Assembly: GCA_977862235.1 (NCBI GenBank)
Contig: OZ374559.1
Coordinates: forward strand, 992,001-1,056,000
Direction of reading: 5' to 3'
DNA length: 64,000 nt
DNA from: Dudresnaya verticillata
Taxonomy: Eukaryota
The notes under the pieces are model-generated. The model saw only the letters and a program-made list of their open reading frames with translations. It ran no database searches and was not told where the DNA came from. Below are positions 38,790-51,100 of this stretch, piece by piece. A program made the translations under genes and the position numbers. Numbering within the stretch: position 1 is the stretch's first letter; every line of letters starts with the position of its first letter.

Positions 38790-39988
38790 CCCTAGTCAGG
38801 GTGGACGCTGGAAGCGACAACACACGCCACATACGGATTGACGTGGACGTGCACTCGTTACGAACGACGGGGGCTGTAATCAACCGGATCAAGGACGATT
38901 GGGTTGGCGACACGCAAATAGGCAACTCTTCGGAGGGGGTCCGTAAGGACAGGACGGCTGACAGTAGTCAGGAGGCGTGGAGGGCGCACGCACCACACGA
39001 AATCGGGCAACAAACGAAATGGAAATTTTTAATGTGAAAACAATAACGCGAAGGCACCAGCCAGGCGGCGGCGACCAACAAACGAGAACCTGACAAGTGT
39101 GTGCCCAGCACTACGAACGCCGACGAGGCACCCGAGCACGGACGCGACCGACCGTCTCCAAGGTCCCCGCCCAGGCGCACCACCCACGGCCAAGTCCGAA
39201 ACTCGCCACCCTTACGGGCGGCGCACGCAACCGCCTCGAGGGTGACGCCCGCGAACGTCAACGACGTGTCTCAAGTCGAAAAAGGGGTCGCCCGCAAACA
39301 CGAGAGAAGAAGCAGTCGTCGAAGACGGAGTTGGGCTACGTTTCGTGCACGACGCGCTAATCGCAAAAATGACTCCGCCGCTGGGCGCGGCATCCACGCC
39401 CAGGAGTCGCAAGAAACGCGCCCCACGCGCGGCGCGTCGCCAAACTAACCGTCCCCGACGCTAACCCAACATGCTCTACGTCAAAGACGAAAAGCCTACC
39501 GACAAACGGCTCCCCAACTACATATTCGCTCAACAAGCGGAACCACAATTGGAACAAAACGACTAAGTCGGCATGAGAAAATGGACCCTCCCAAAAGGGT
39601 TTACGCTACTGTAGCGGCATCAAGGAAAGAGAAAAACGCCATCAAGGCGGCACCGCCCCAAGCTTTTACGCAAACGCTACTACAGCGGACAGACAACAAC
39701 AACTATACGAACGGGACCCGTCGGCTACCTACTGCTCGCTATCGCAGCGCTCTACATCAATCGGACACATAAGCAACTACGTTGGACAACGGTCAAGTTT
39801 ATTCGGGCTTCACAAGCGAGGGTAACCCCCGTGCCCGCATGACCTTCCACTACGACCTACGTCGTGAGACGCGGCACTAACCGTCTATGACGTATGAATC
39901 CCTCGCTCGCCGCCCCACCACGGGGCAGGCAAAGCGACACCACACGCGCTCTCGCGTTTGCTAACCGTTCTTAACGATCTAACAAAGG

Positions 39989-42360
39989 CTACGCCTTTTT
40001 CGTCGCAGACGGCTCAAGTGGGGCATCATCCCCAACGCCATTGGCGGATTCTCTTAACGCCTCTTCATAGAGGTCGTCTTCTGTCACCGACGGTGCGCTC
40101 GCAGCAGGGGCAGGAACGGACCGCAAGGGACCCGCCACAACCACTGCTGTCGAAGTCGCGACATCCACCGCTGGCGACGCACCTGTCTCACAATCCGCCT
40201 TAGGCGACGACTGTTCGTCAACCGCCATAGGCGCAACGTTAGAGTCATTATCCGCCTTAGGCGCTACACCAGGAAGCTCAATCGCCTGTGGCGGCGGAGC
40301 ATCCTCAACCGCCTTGCGCGAAGTCGACGGCCCCGGCAACTCCGGTGACGGGACCGCATTAACCGCCAAAGGCGTTGATCGATCAACATCCGTCACCGAC
40401 GAAGAGGCCACTGGAGCCTGCGGAACCGCCGTAGGCGCTACCACCACACTCGCCTTTGGCGGACTTTCGTTAGCAACGTCAGAGGACGCAATGGCGGACG
40501 AACCCGCACAACCCGCCTTAGGCGACAAAGGCTTTCTCGCCATTCCGTCATTAGACGCCACAACTTCGTCGTTAGACGGCGCAGTCGCAATGACGGTCGA
40601 CGACGGAACCGCGGCAACGCTGGGCTGCAGAGCAGCCAGAAGCGAGTGCTCGAGGGGCGTCGTGGATGTTCCGCCCGACCCGTCAGTGACGACACCGGTG
40701 GCTCGCAAGAATGCGAGCACCGTGCGGCGCTGCTCCTCAGTCCATTCGGGCACTGCAGGAGGGAGATTCGCACCGTCAGCGACGTTGGACAAGCCGCCTT
40801 GAGGCGTAACTGCAGACGCAGAACTCGCCATGGGCGCAGCCATGATGGATCACCATCACCGTCATTGACGGGAGCCGAGAGATCCAACGGCAGAACCGAC
40901 GGCAAGCCAACAGGCACCACAGCCGACGGTCCTACCGCCGCTGGCGAAATCGTCGCGGGGGCTGTCGCTCCCGCAGAAAGCTCAACCGCCATAGGCGTAA
41001 CGACGTCCGTCCCATACGGGTTAACCGGTCCGCTGCTAGCGTGGAACGCATCCTCCTCCGCCATCAAGGCGCTCAAGTGGGGTGGGAAATCCCCCGCAAA
41101 GTCGCAATTCTTGCGCAACCCACATGGGTGATTCGCTGGCGTGAAGCGGTCCGTACGACGATGGCTCTCAGCGATGTTCTCCGTCGTAAGACGTTTGGTC
41201 CACGGGTTGTACCATGCCCAATCTCCACAGGCGGAATGATTCCTACTCATCGCGTAACGCGGACGGTTTGCCTTACGCCGGTTTCCCGGCGGCCAGCTGC
41301 CGGGTCGTCCCAGTTGACGTTATCCGCCACATGGCGTAAATCCCAGAACTCTTGGTAGTTCCTGGCACCAACCAACACTTCGGTCAAATCAAGCCCACCA
41401 AGGAGGCTGACTACGCGTGGCGGCACATAATAGAGCCGGAAGGTGTCATACACCTCCCACATCCATGCGTAGGTTACGTTGACGACCTACTCGGTGAAAA
41501 ATACGATCCAACATCGGGAGTACGGATCCGTCCGCAACTCGGATCCAATATACGTGACACACGGAGGCAATTCAGCCGCAAAGCCCTCGCAGACCTCAAA
41601 GTCCCGCCACATCGGCGGGACGCGAATGAAGCAATGCGGCAACTTTTCCCGCTCAATGCGACCGACTTGCGTATCTTGATACGGTACAAAAACGCCTTTG
41701 CGGCGGCGCGTTTCGCACTCCCAACGGACGCAGCGCTCCCAATAGAAGGTGCCCGTCCTATGCAAGTATCGGAAATCCGCTTTCAAGCGTACACCAAGGA
41801 GGTTAGCCTCCTGAAGCACCCGCGGCTCAGCCGAAACAGCCACATGGCTTAACAACAACGTCCCAAGACGGTCCCCATAACCAACCTCGCCATTTGTGCG
41901 GTACTGCCCTGCGTCAAATTCAAAGACGGTGGTCGTCAATACCGAACCCGGATAGCTAGTAAACCGCCGATACACGTCAACGACGAAACGCGCATGTGCA
42001 TCTGCACGCGTCTGGGCGGCGGCAATACGCAGCCAACCCCTCGGAATGGCGCACCGATGGCGCCACTCGTTCGTCCACACGACGGCCAGGGGCAACGCCC
42101 CTGGCAAAAATCCGCTCACAGCGTAATGGGTGATGAGATCTTCGTATCGCAGGGCCTCCTGGTCGAACCAGGGGGCCCGCGAGAATAATCGCGCATCGTT
42201 GCGGGGCGTCCTCCCGAAAAAGTCGAAGGGGGACGGATACACCGGCGCCGCCGAAGGCGCAGCCACTTGCAGGCCATTGAACTGCAGCATTACGTCTGAG
42301 ACGTTGAGTAATCACACGCCACTGGCGAAATTCACACGATACGTCAGCGACGGTCTCGGA
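39989..42360 (-). pseudogene. Antisense accessory ORF of element 4, unknown function
   Basis: Pieces 41487..42290, 41247..41486, 40438..41250 and 39989..40843; motif-level homology to 43830-46087. Confidence 0.75.
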
Positions 42361-42752
42361 CTCCGAAGTCGAGTCAACTACGCCAAAGGCGGAAGCAAAC
42401 AAGGCACACGTCAACGACGCTGGACTGAACAACGCCGAAGGCGGACCTCAAAGAAGCGCCCTAGGCGATAAGCGCACGCACGCGTGCACAGATACGACGT
42501 CAACGACGGGATTTCACGCACGCCACTGGCGAAGTTAGTCAACAACACGTCTTCGACGGGAGTTGTTGCTGCGCCAACGGCGGGTGGGAAACTGAACGTG
42601 CGTCTTTGAGGGGGCTCAACCAACGCCAAGGGCGGGCAAACGCAGACGCGACGACGCGGGTGACCGACACGATCGGCACTGGAAGAGACGCAGACGCGGG
42701 AAAGCAGGCAGGCTGAAGCAGGTTGACGTGTTTGCGTTTTCGGAGGGGGTCG

Positions 42753-43646
42753 TGTAGTGCCAGGGGGGGTCCCCCGTTTCCGCATTCAAGCGTTGATATG
42801 CAGCGTCTACCGACGGACGACCGCCAACGGCGCGCTCAACCCACCCGCGGCGCAAACACGTCACCGACGCATGCCGCTGGCCACTTGGGCCAGAACGGCT
42901 CGCTGGGCGTGCAGACCGCACGCCTGAACCCGGCCACTGTACGGCGCCACGCGTACGCGCATGGCGCAGTGGCGAGAACGTTCGCTGTAAGCGTGGCCCG
43001 AATCCGGATCCAATCGGGATCCCACATCGGGATTAGGGGTGTAAGGCACGCGCCTGTAAGCCTGGCGCATCCGCATCGCTGGCCCGAATCCGGACTGGAT
43101 CGGGATTGGTGCGGATCGAGATCGCTCGCGCCATGGGGCGCATGCGGCTATAAGGAAGTAATCCACGTGTAAGTGTAAGGACTCGTCGGGGAAGCTACGC
43201 GTGATCTGTCAGGAGCGCGGCTGCATGACGGACGGATCTGTCAGACGCGCCTCGGGACAACACGTGTCCCGAGTTCCCGCGTTACGCGTACATCCGCGTC
43301 GCCGCCGCTAGGTAATCCTGTACTTAGTTGATCCGTCTCAGACGTCACAGTAAACCCCGGCAAGCTGGCCTTGTTCCAGACTTCCCCGTTCAGCACGCGC
43401 GTACCCTACCGCTGCCTACGGCTAAGCGTCTACCTCCCGTGCTTCCACGTCTCTACCCGTCCTCGACGTGTTTCCTTTTTGTTTCTTCTGTTCTTCCTTT
43501 CCGCCTCGGGCGTTTACAGTCCGCCCAAGGCGAGTCAACTGCTCTACCACAAGTCGCCCAAGGCGGGGCTACTCACCGCCAAGGGCGTCGCTACCCACCG
43601 AGCCCCGAACTGTTCGGCGGTGTCCGTCAACGACGTTTGCACTACA
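42753..43646 (+). repeat. Element 4 3' LTR
   Basis: Direct repeat of 30472-31365. Confidence 0.97.
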
Positions 43647-43829
43647 CATGGTGCCGAAAGTACAGCGCACTCAGTGTGCTAAGCTAATAGCAGGTCGGCT
43701 CCAAGCCGGAGGAGATTCAACAAGAAGAATGACTTTACGTTAGCCGATAAGCCGCTCTTGCCCAAGTAAGGCGGATTACGGTGGCGGGCGCCTAAGCAGC
43801 ATAAGGGGCAAGGTGATGGGGCAAACAAC

Positions 43830-46087
43830 TTAATCAGACAATAGGTCGATGAACTCGTCCTCCTCAAGCGGAGGGTTAGGCTGTGGAGCCGAGTGGGATA
43901 CCACTACGCGACGGACCTCGCGCACATCGTAACGCCCTAGACCAAACCGACGACTACCGCGTTCGCGGCGCGATTCCACGTTATTATCACCTCGGTTTCC
44001 CGCCCTCGACTGGTCGAGTTCCATCGCATCTACACCTTGAGCAGCCGCGGAAACACCGGGCTCCACTTCGTCCTTTTCTTTGGCGACTAGCTCCGTCTTC
44101 ACGAATACATCGTACCTATCAACTGGAGCCATCGTGACCTGAGTCCGCTCTTGAGTATGAACCGTTGTGGGCTTTGAGCCTTCGTTGCCAAGTGCAGCCG
44201 ATGTCGATCCCAAAGTCGGGTCTGGTGCGCTGTGCTTCACCTTGGATTAAGAGCCAGTACGTGGGCAGTCTTCGCCTAAGAGCTCCCCCGATAGGGCAAA
44301 GCTGGCTAACACCGTGGTAGGCGCTTGAGGCGCCGCCAACGAGGCGACAGCCTCCTGCTGAAGGTCTCTCTCGACCGGCTTTGAGGTCGAAGCCCCGCCC
44401 TTCACCACCGTCGCCGAGGAGTCCTCCCGTGGCACCACTGCCATGTCCTCGCTCGTTTGAGCACGAGGGTCAAGCCCTGCGACGCTGGTCGACTCCATCT
44501 TGACTGGTGACGCCCCAATATGGCCTATACCACGGCGTAGGGTAGGATCGGCCTTAATGGCGCGTTTGCCAAGTGGCGGAAGAGACTCGAAATGAGCACG
44601 GAGACGTTCCATTTGGTCAACAGGACTTGGGGTCCTCATCCACTCACTCTCGTAGTCTACCATAACTTCTTCCACCCAATCCGCGAGGCTGTGGATGTTC
44701 AGGTGACGAAAGTCCCAATGAGCAAAGAGGCGAATTGCCAGACCACGCCTGTTGAGTTCATCTCGGATAGCCTGATCCGCCTTCGCATACGCGGATGCAG
44801 TTGGTGCATGAGGCCCCTGGGCCTGGGCATCGACGATATTGTCAAATAGCGGAACATCTTCCGGAGTCTGCGGCCCTGGCTCACGCCATTTAACACTAAC
44901 CCAACCAGTGGTGACGCCGGTTATACGAATGCCTTCGTCAAGAGTGAGAGGACGCTCCTCGGACGGCGCAGATTGTATAATGTAGTCGGGAAAATTGGAT
45001 GCCACTTGAGGGGGTCAAAGTCAACCCAGTTCCCACGGCCATAGATCGGTGTGAGATGCCCGGTGTTCCCAGGAAGGTGGCGATTACGCTTGGAGGTATT
45101 ACTACACCGGTTGCGCTCCACAAAACACAGTAGGGCTTCCAAGTCCTTGGAATCGGAGGCATCCCCCGTCAGCCCCGTCAGGCCCAGAGCCCTAATTGCT
45201 ATGCGGAGGGGCAGCCCGATGAAGAACAGCAGGCCTCGTCGAGCCTCGTAGACAAAGACCTGGGCCACGAGAACCACTCACTCGTGTCTGAAGATGCTCC
45301 ATAGCACACTGTCGTCGATGGCTTTCGCCATCATTTCCAGTCCCAGGAATTCCACGATAGTCGGCACACCAAATGGCATGGAATAGGACACTTCATAGTC
45401 CTTGTGGTCGTCGGGCACCTGGGGATACTTCCCATTATAGAATTCAGGCTTGATAACCGTGACTTCCTGGCAGTGACAGGGCACAGGAAATCCCGTCTTA
45501 GGACCTTCACGACGCTCGAAGCGTACGTACTCTAACGGCATCGCCGTCTGGGGATTGTCTAGGGTATATTTCAGATTTGAAGATTCATCCCACCGCACGA
45601 CGCGGGCGAGGGTATAGGGGAAGTTATACCTCCCGACACGAATGAGCCGGCGTTGGTACATCACCATGCGCAGGTCCCAGTCTCCCTTTTGATGGATCTC
45701 TTCCAAAATGATAGCCTCCGACGTGGGCTTCTGAGCTAACGTGTTGCTCCAGGGCACCTCGTGCCGAAACCGCACGTACGCGAGATCCCACTGCAGAGTG
45801 CTGGCGTCGCTATCTAAACGAGGAAGGAAACGGTTAGTCCCCATGCGGGTGCTTACCCTAGCCCACATGAGGGTATTCCTCACCCGGCTCTGCACCACTC
45901 GGCTGCCGCGGCGGCGAATATCTTCGCGACGGGCCCCCGCACGCACCTTAAGGTGGGTAAGGTCGGTACGCAGGATCCAGTCGCGGCTATGCGAGACAGC
46001 CCTCGGCACACCAACCGCATCCAATTCGTGGCCCAACACATTGGCACTGAAGCGAGCGGCCCCATAGGTCAAACGTGGCGGGGCCAT
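43830..46087 (-). pseudogene. Antisense accessory ORF of element 3, unknown function
   Basis: ATG at 46087. Pieces 45278..46087, 44921..45277, 44247..45005 and 43830..44240 (two in-frame stops, one frameshift). Confidence 0.75.
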
Positions 46088-46993
46088 TAGAAGCCGGTTC
46101 TTGGTCTCGTAATTCTTCTAAGGCTTCAAAGCCTTTTGCGCCGCGGCGCCTCGACTGTGGAGCCGCGGCTCCACAGTCGACGCGTGTCGACCAGAGCGAC
46201 CTGAGAAATCCTTCTAAGGCACGGAGACCTTCTTACTGTCGGCTACAAAGCCCCCTGTGGGTGGCGAGCGCGACCTGAGTCTTCTACGGCTTCAAAGCCG
46301 TCTCGAATACTGACCGTTGGCTCCAAAGCCGATCCGCAGAAACGACGAGCGCGATCCGAGAGCTTCTAAACACTTAGTGAGACACCTCGCCAACCGCGCT
46401 GGATGAAACGACTCGGCCCCGCCGAAAACAAAAACCACGCGACGTGGTCGGAAGAGGCCCACGAAGAGTGTACTGGAATACGACGCACGGCGGACGCCGT
46501 AGGGGCGGTCAATACGCTGGTTGAGAACCGCCGGCCTGGGTAACCAGGAAACGTACGGGCACCAGCCCAGGGAAAATAGCGTTAGCGCGTCGGCGCCGCC
46601 GAGAGGCGGAATGTGTAACGGCGCGAGCCTGCGGAGGAAGACACGAGCCGGCGTGTCACAGGGGAAGACGGAGCGCGTTAGAGGCTGATACTGAGTGTGG
46701 GCATGTCCGCATCGACTACAAGGCGAAGGAGAAATAGGCGTTTTTTCGCTAGCGCTTCGCGCGAAGCGATCCCAGTCGCGCAACAGCGCCCGTCGCCGAC
46801 GGCTCTACTCATAGCTCTCACTCCGTCGCACTATGCCCCAGTATCGAGACGGGGTGCGGTGGCGTTTCAAAAACGCCAGTCGGCCGGGCCAATGAACATA
46901 TGGAGATTGAAATATCAACAGTAATCGAAATTGGAAACGGCGTTGCTGTCCCACTGTACTGAGCGCGGTCGCTCAGTTTTAGCAAGGGGGCCG

Positions 46994-47742
46994 TGTGGTA
47001 CAACGGGCGTTAATGCCGTGTAAGAGCCACGTGGACACGCGTCCTCTGTAAGGAATGGCAGGCACATAACCGCCCGGGTCATATGGCTGGCTTACAGATT
47101 GATTTAATTGCGGAAGAGCTCCTGCGCTGTACGAAAACACGTGTACAGCATTAATCTGTAAGGCACACGGCTCCAAGTGAGATGGCACTATGCCATTCGG
47201 GGATTAACTATGACCGCAACATCGCGCCAGGCGCACGGCTGGCGTATGTTTGCAACGCGGCACCTGACAGTGACGCTGCGGTCGCCCCGTGGCCTGACCA
47301 CTCATGCCCATCTAAGGACATATTGTCCACACATATCATAAATGTACTGTACAGTATTAGCTAAGTAATAGCAGTAGAGCTCTAACTGAGCGAGTAGCAC
47401 CTGTTGGGCTCTCCCCGTATTTATGGGGCCCCTGAGTAGCAGGGGCCCGGCACTAAACCGGCAGCGGTCTGTGCCTTGTGTTTTCCCCTTTTTGGATACT
47501 TTGGATACTTGCGGTGTTACCGCTACAAACCCCCTTGGGCGTCTACAAGCCCCGTCGTGTACGACGAACGGCTCTACACGGCTGGGTTCGCCTTCCTTTT
47601 TCCACTCTTCTTAGGGCTTTAAGCCCTATCAAGTCTCTACCAAACCCCTTTATCGAGCTACCATCTACGCAGTGGAGTATCTTCTAAGACAGCTTTCTTG
47701 TTGTGTTGTTGTCCTCTTTGACTTAGAAGTCATTCTATTACA
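46994..47742 (+). repeat. Element 3 3' LTR (probable)
   Basis: Follows the PPT; TGTGGTA...TATTACA; TATTTA-plus-hairpin motif at 47418. The 3' end is inferred without a partner LTR. Confidence 0.7.
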
Positions 47743-48023
47743 TACAGCACGCAAGGACGGTCAAGTTCGGGCATTGACATCAAATCGCTGGATGTTCCTG
47801 AGGACGGCCGGGAGAACGTCCGCATCTAACTTGGCCGATCGGTCCTGACTACAGTAGCTCGAGACAGAATAAATGTTGCATAGTGCTCGTGATATTACAG
47901 GTTGCATTCAGTGCTGATATATCCCATATCAGCACTGCCGCGTAGTGCGATATCAGATTTCGTCTTGCCCCACAGTGCGACAACAATAGTGAAGCACATT
48001 CCTTGCGCCGCCTTCCCTTCTCG

Positions 48024-48126
48024 ACGGCGCTCGCCCATCCCTGCAACCGGCTGCTTCTTCCATGACGCACAACGGCGCTCGCCCATCCCTGCAACCGGCT
48101 GCTTCTTCCATGACGCACAACGGCGC
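48024..48126 (+). repeat. Exact 48-bp tandem duplication
   Basis: ACGGCGCTCGCCCATCCCTGCAACCGGCTGCTTCTTCCATGACGCACA twice, plus ACGGCGC. Confidence 0.92.
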
Positions 48127-51100
48127 ACGGCCCATGCACCGTACCTACTTCATTTCTCTTTCTAGACCGAGTAGGAATGCAGCTTGTAGCGCGGTGCGTG
48201 CAAGATGCCTGAAATGGGAATCTGTGAAGGGCGGCTGGTGCGGTAGCAAAACACAGGTAGCAAAACACAGAGTGCGTAAGTCACGCCTGACGCGACCGGA
48301 TGTCCGGCAACGGGACTTGTGGGTGCAGGAAAAGGCCTGGATGCATTGCTTGCGAAACCGACAGCAGCGACCCGCATGGGTTCTTGCTGCTGCGAGGCGA
48401 AGAGCACGCGGGAGCGGGTGAGAGACGCCATGGCGGCTTTGCCTACATCTGGCTGTGCGTCCTTGTCTGATAGTCCCGAACCGAGGGCCGCCCGTCAGGT
48501 GTGACGCGGCCGACAACGGCGGTGCGGGCGTTGCCGCCGGTGGAGTTCGGGTGTACAGTCCGTACTGCCTATTCCGTGATGGTCCGCGCACAGGTGCTAC
48601 AGCACTCTATTCCGAAGTTGATGTGAATTGTCACTATCACCGCTTGAATGATTGCCTCGTCGTCGTCTCAGCCGGCATGCATCGCTTAGTACATTAACAA
48701 ACCTTTTTGTACCAGAATGGTGTACTGAGAATAGCAAAGCATGTTTCCATCGTGCACAATTCCGTTTCAAAGCCAGCAACAGATTCGGATTGATCTCCAC
48801 ATCGTTGTCGCAGGGGAAATAAGAGTTAACAAAATGTGAAAAGTGGTTGGACAACTCAGCAGAAGACGTAACTGCAGCAACGACAGACCGCTCGAAAATC
48901 ACGAATAGCTCCGCGGTGTCATGCAACAGAAGTTTAAAGCATCCTTTGAATGCTGCTACAACGGATAGAAAATCTTACATTCGCTATTATAACTTGAGGC
49001 TGCTACCAGTAAAGCTCTATTGTTGTTTTCGCGTCGCCGACCCATAGCAAAGCGGCAATAAAGCACCAGAATATAGCATAACACTAGAGACGCCAAACCA
49101 AAAGGTTGTATTTTTGCTTCGGTTGTTTGGCCTTGTTCGTGTGTGGATGGGAATGTTTGAACGTTGAATGAGGGAGAGGAGTGAAGCCTTGGGTGGTAAG
49201 AAGTGGTTGTGCTAATACGCTTTTGGTCTGCTACCGGGGTTTCCTCCATTGTCAGGTTTGGTAGGGAGTTCGTCGTGTGAACAATGTTGCCATGCAACTC
49301 TATTAGTTGTTTGACATACAGGATATATGTTACAATTGTATACACTTGCTTCCCTGCTGAAGCATCCAAGTGGAAATTGATAGCAGTTATTGTATCCTTG
49401 TCATACAAGAGATCATCTGAGTATCGTGTATGCGCAGCTGTTAAGGAAATGGTAAGTGTAATAGAGTATCCCTAGTATTAGCTAGCTGGGTATAAATAGA
49501 GGCAGAGAGTAGTGCCTCTGATAAACTCGGTATCTGATCACGGGCATAGTGAAGAGATCTACCATTTATCCAAAACCTACGAGAGAGTGTCCTATAACTT
49601 CTCTAAAGTCGATAGTCTTCAAAAATTATTCCATGACGAAAGGCTCCAATTTCGTTTCAGCCGAGTGGAGTGCAAACGGGTTGAGTGTATATGACTTGAG
49701 TGCATACCAGTTAAGCGGAGAGTGGTTGTATCGGGTTACCAGTTGGCAGCATCCGAATTGTTTAGTTCTGCGGAAAAGCAGTTTTGTTCGGCGGGAAGCC
49801 AGTATGGCGAGAAACAGCGGACGCAGATGGAGCCAACGATCAGCGAAGACATATACATGTTGTTTCGGCTCGTCGGTGTATGGGTGAAAAGACATAAGAA
49901 GGCTGCAGTAGAGAGAATGCCCAGAGGGTCTAGCATACATACCCTGACCCTCCTCTACGGAACCCTTAAGGCCGCGGGTGCTCGACAGCGGTACCACCTG
50001 CGTCTACCGACAGCACCCAATCTGGTCCATCGAGGAGCGGTGCAACCTCACCGTTGCTACCGAGGGTAGCGATTTTCTGGCCGTGCCCGTTCTACCAATG
50101 GCCAAGCGGCGGAGCATCCACGAATCGCACTACCTGCTCTGGCTGCGCATCATTCGCAGCCCCGTATGCCATAGACGGAAGCGGGGCTTGACGAGTTATG
50201 GCGCGTCACGACCGAGCGAGCGACGACGCGGACGCGAGTCGACACTGCGGACGGCGCTGTCACAGGGCGCTGTTCGTCGGCTCGCCGATGTTGCTGCGAG
50301 ACGAAGCTGCACTGCGGCGGCTGAGGTTCGCAAGCACGCTGTTGCGTCCTCCAGGGGCGATCGATGCTCTTTCGGAGGCACTGTTTTGGATGAGTGGAAG
50401 GAACAGACCTGGGTTTCCGAGCGGGTCTGGTACAGTACAATCGGACTCAAATCGGCGTGCGCCGGATATGGGATTGCTACAGTACAGTACTGTACAGCAG
50501 TACTGTACAGTATTGTGTAGACGTTCCCATGCAGTACGGTACGGTACTCTCAGCATACGTACTGTACTGTACTTCTTGTACAGCATGGGACGGTCATGAC
50601 AGTACTGTACAGTAGACTCACGCGCCAGTGTTGGGACTGACAGCCGCTCGAGATAGCGCCTGACAGAGCTTTCTGTTTTACGCATCGCCAACTACAGTAT
50701 CAGGTAAAGTAACCACATGGATAGAGTTGCTCTAGAGTAGTGGTTTGTTTTAGCCAAGTTGCAGTACAGCTCTATAAACTTTATAGTATGTAAGAAAGCA
50801 TACACTTCCATTATAACGTATGTTATACTGTACTAAAATAATATCTGCCTCCCACCATCCCGTATTGGTTTGCGTATGGTCACTGACAGTCACCATGCAA
50901 CGGTCTGCCGCTCTCATGCCGGTTCCATACGTCGCCATGACAGTCTTCGTCACCAACTAGCCATCTTCTTTCGCAGTGTCGCCCGCAATCATGGTGTACG
51001 AGTCGAACTCGAACACCATTTTTCCCATGAGGAAGAACATAGTCATCGATTTCTTGCATCATATCCTGCTGTTTCGGCTTCAGAGAGGCACTGCGATGAA

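Larger units (their letters stand above)
30472..43646 (+). mobile_element. Full-length Ty3/Gypsy chromovirus, element 4 (13.2 kb)
   Basis: 894-bp LTRs TGTAGTGC...GCACTACA, TSD CATGG (30467-30471 and 43647-43651), PBS at 31368, PPT GGAGGGGG at 42742. Confidence 0.97.
24769..47742 (+). mobile_element. Element 3: 5'-truncated chromovirus interrupted by element 4
   Basis: Decayed pol, tandem repeat, antisense ORF, PPT AAGGGGG-CCG at 46984, 3' LTR. The halves are joined by the element 4 TSD CATGG. Confidence 0.82.

Noticed and set aside
39989..46087. env gene in the post-pol position
   Set aside because: Antisense orientation, with no evident signal peptide or transmembrane anchor.
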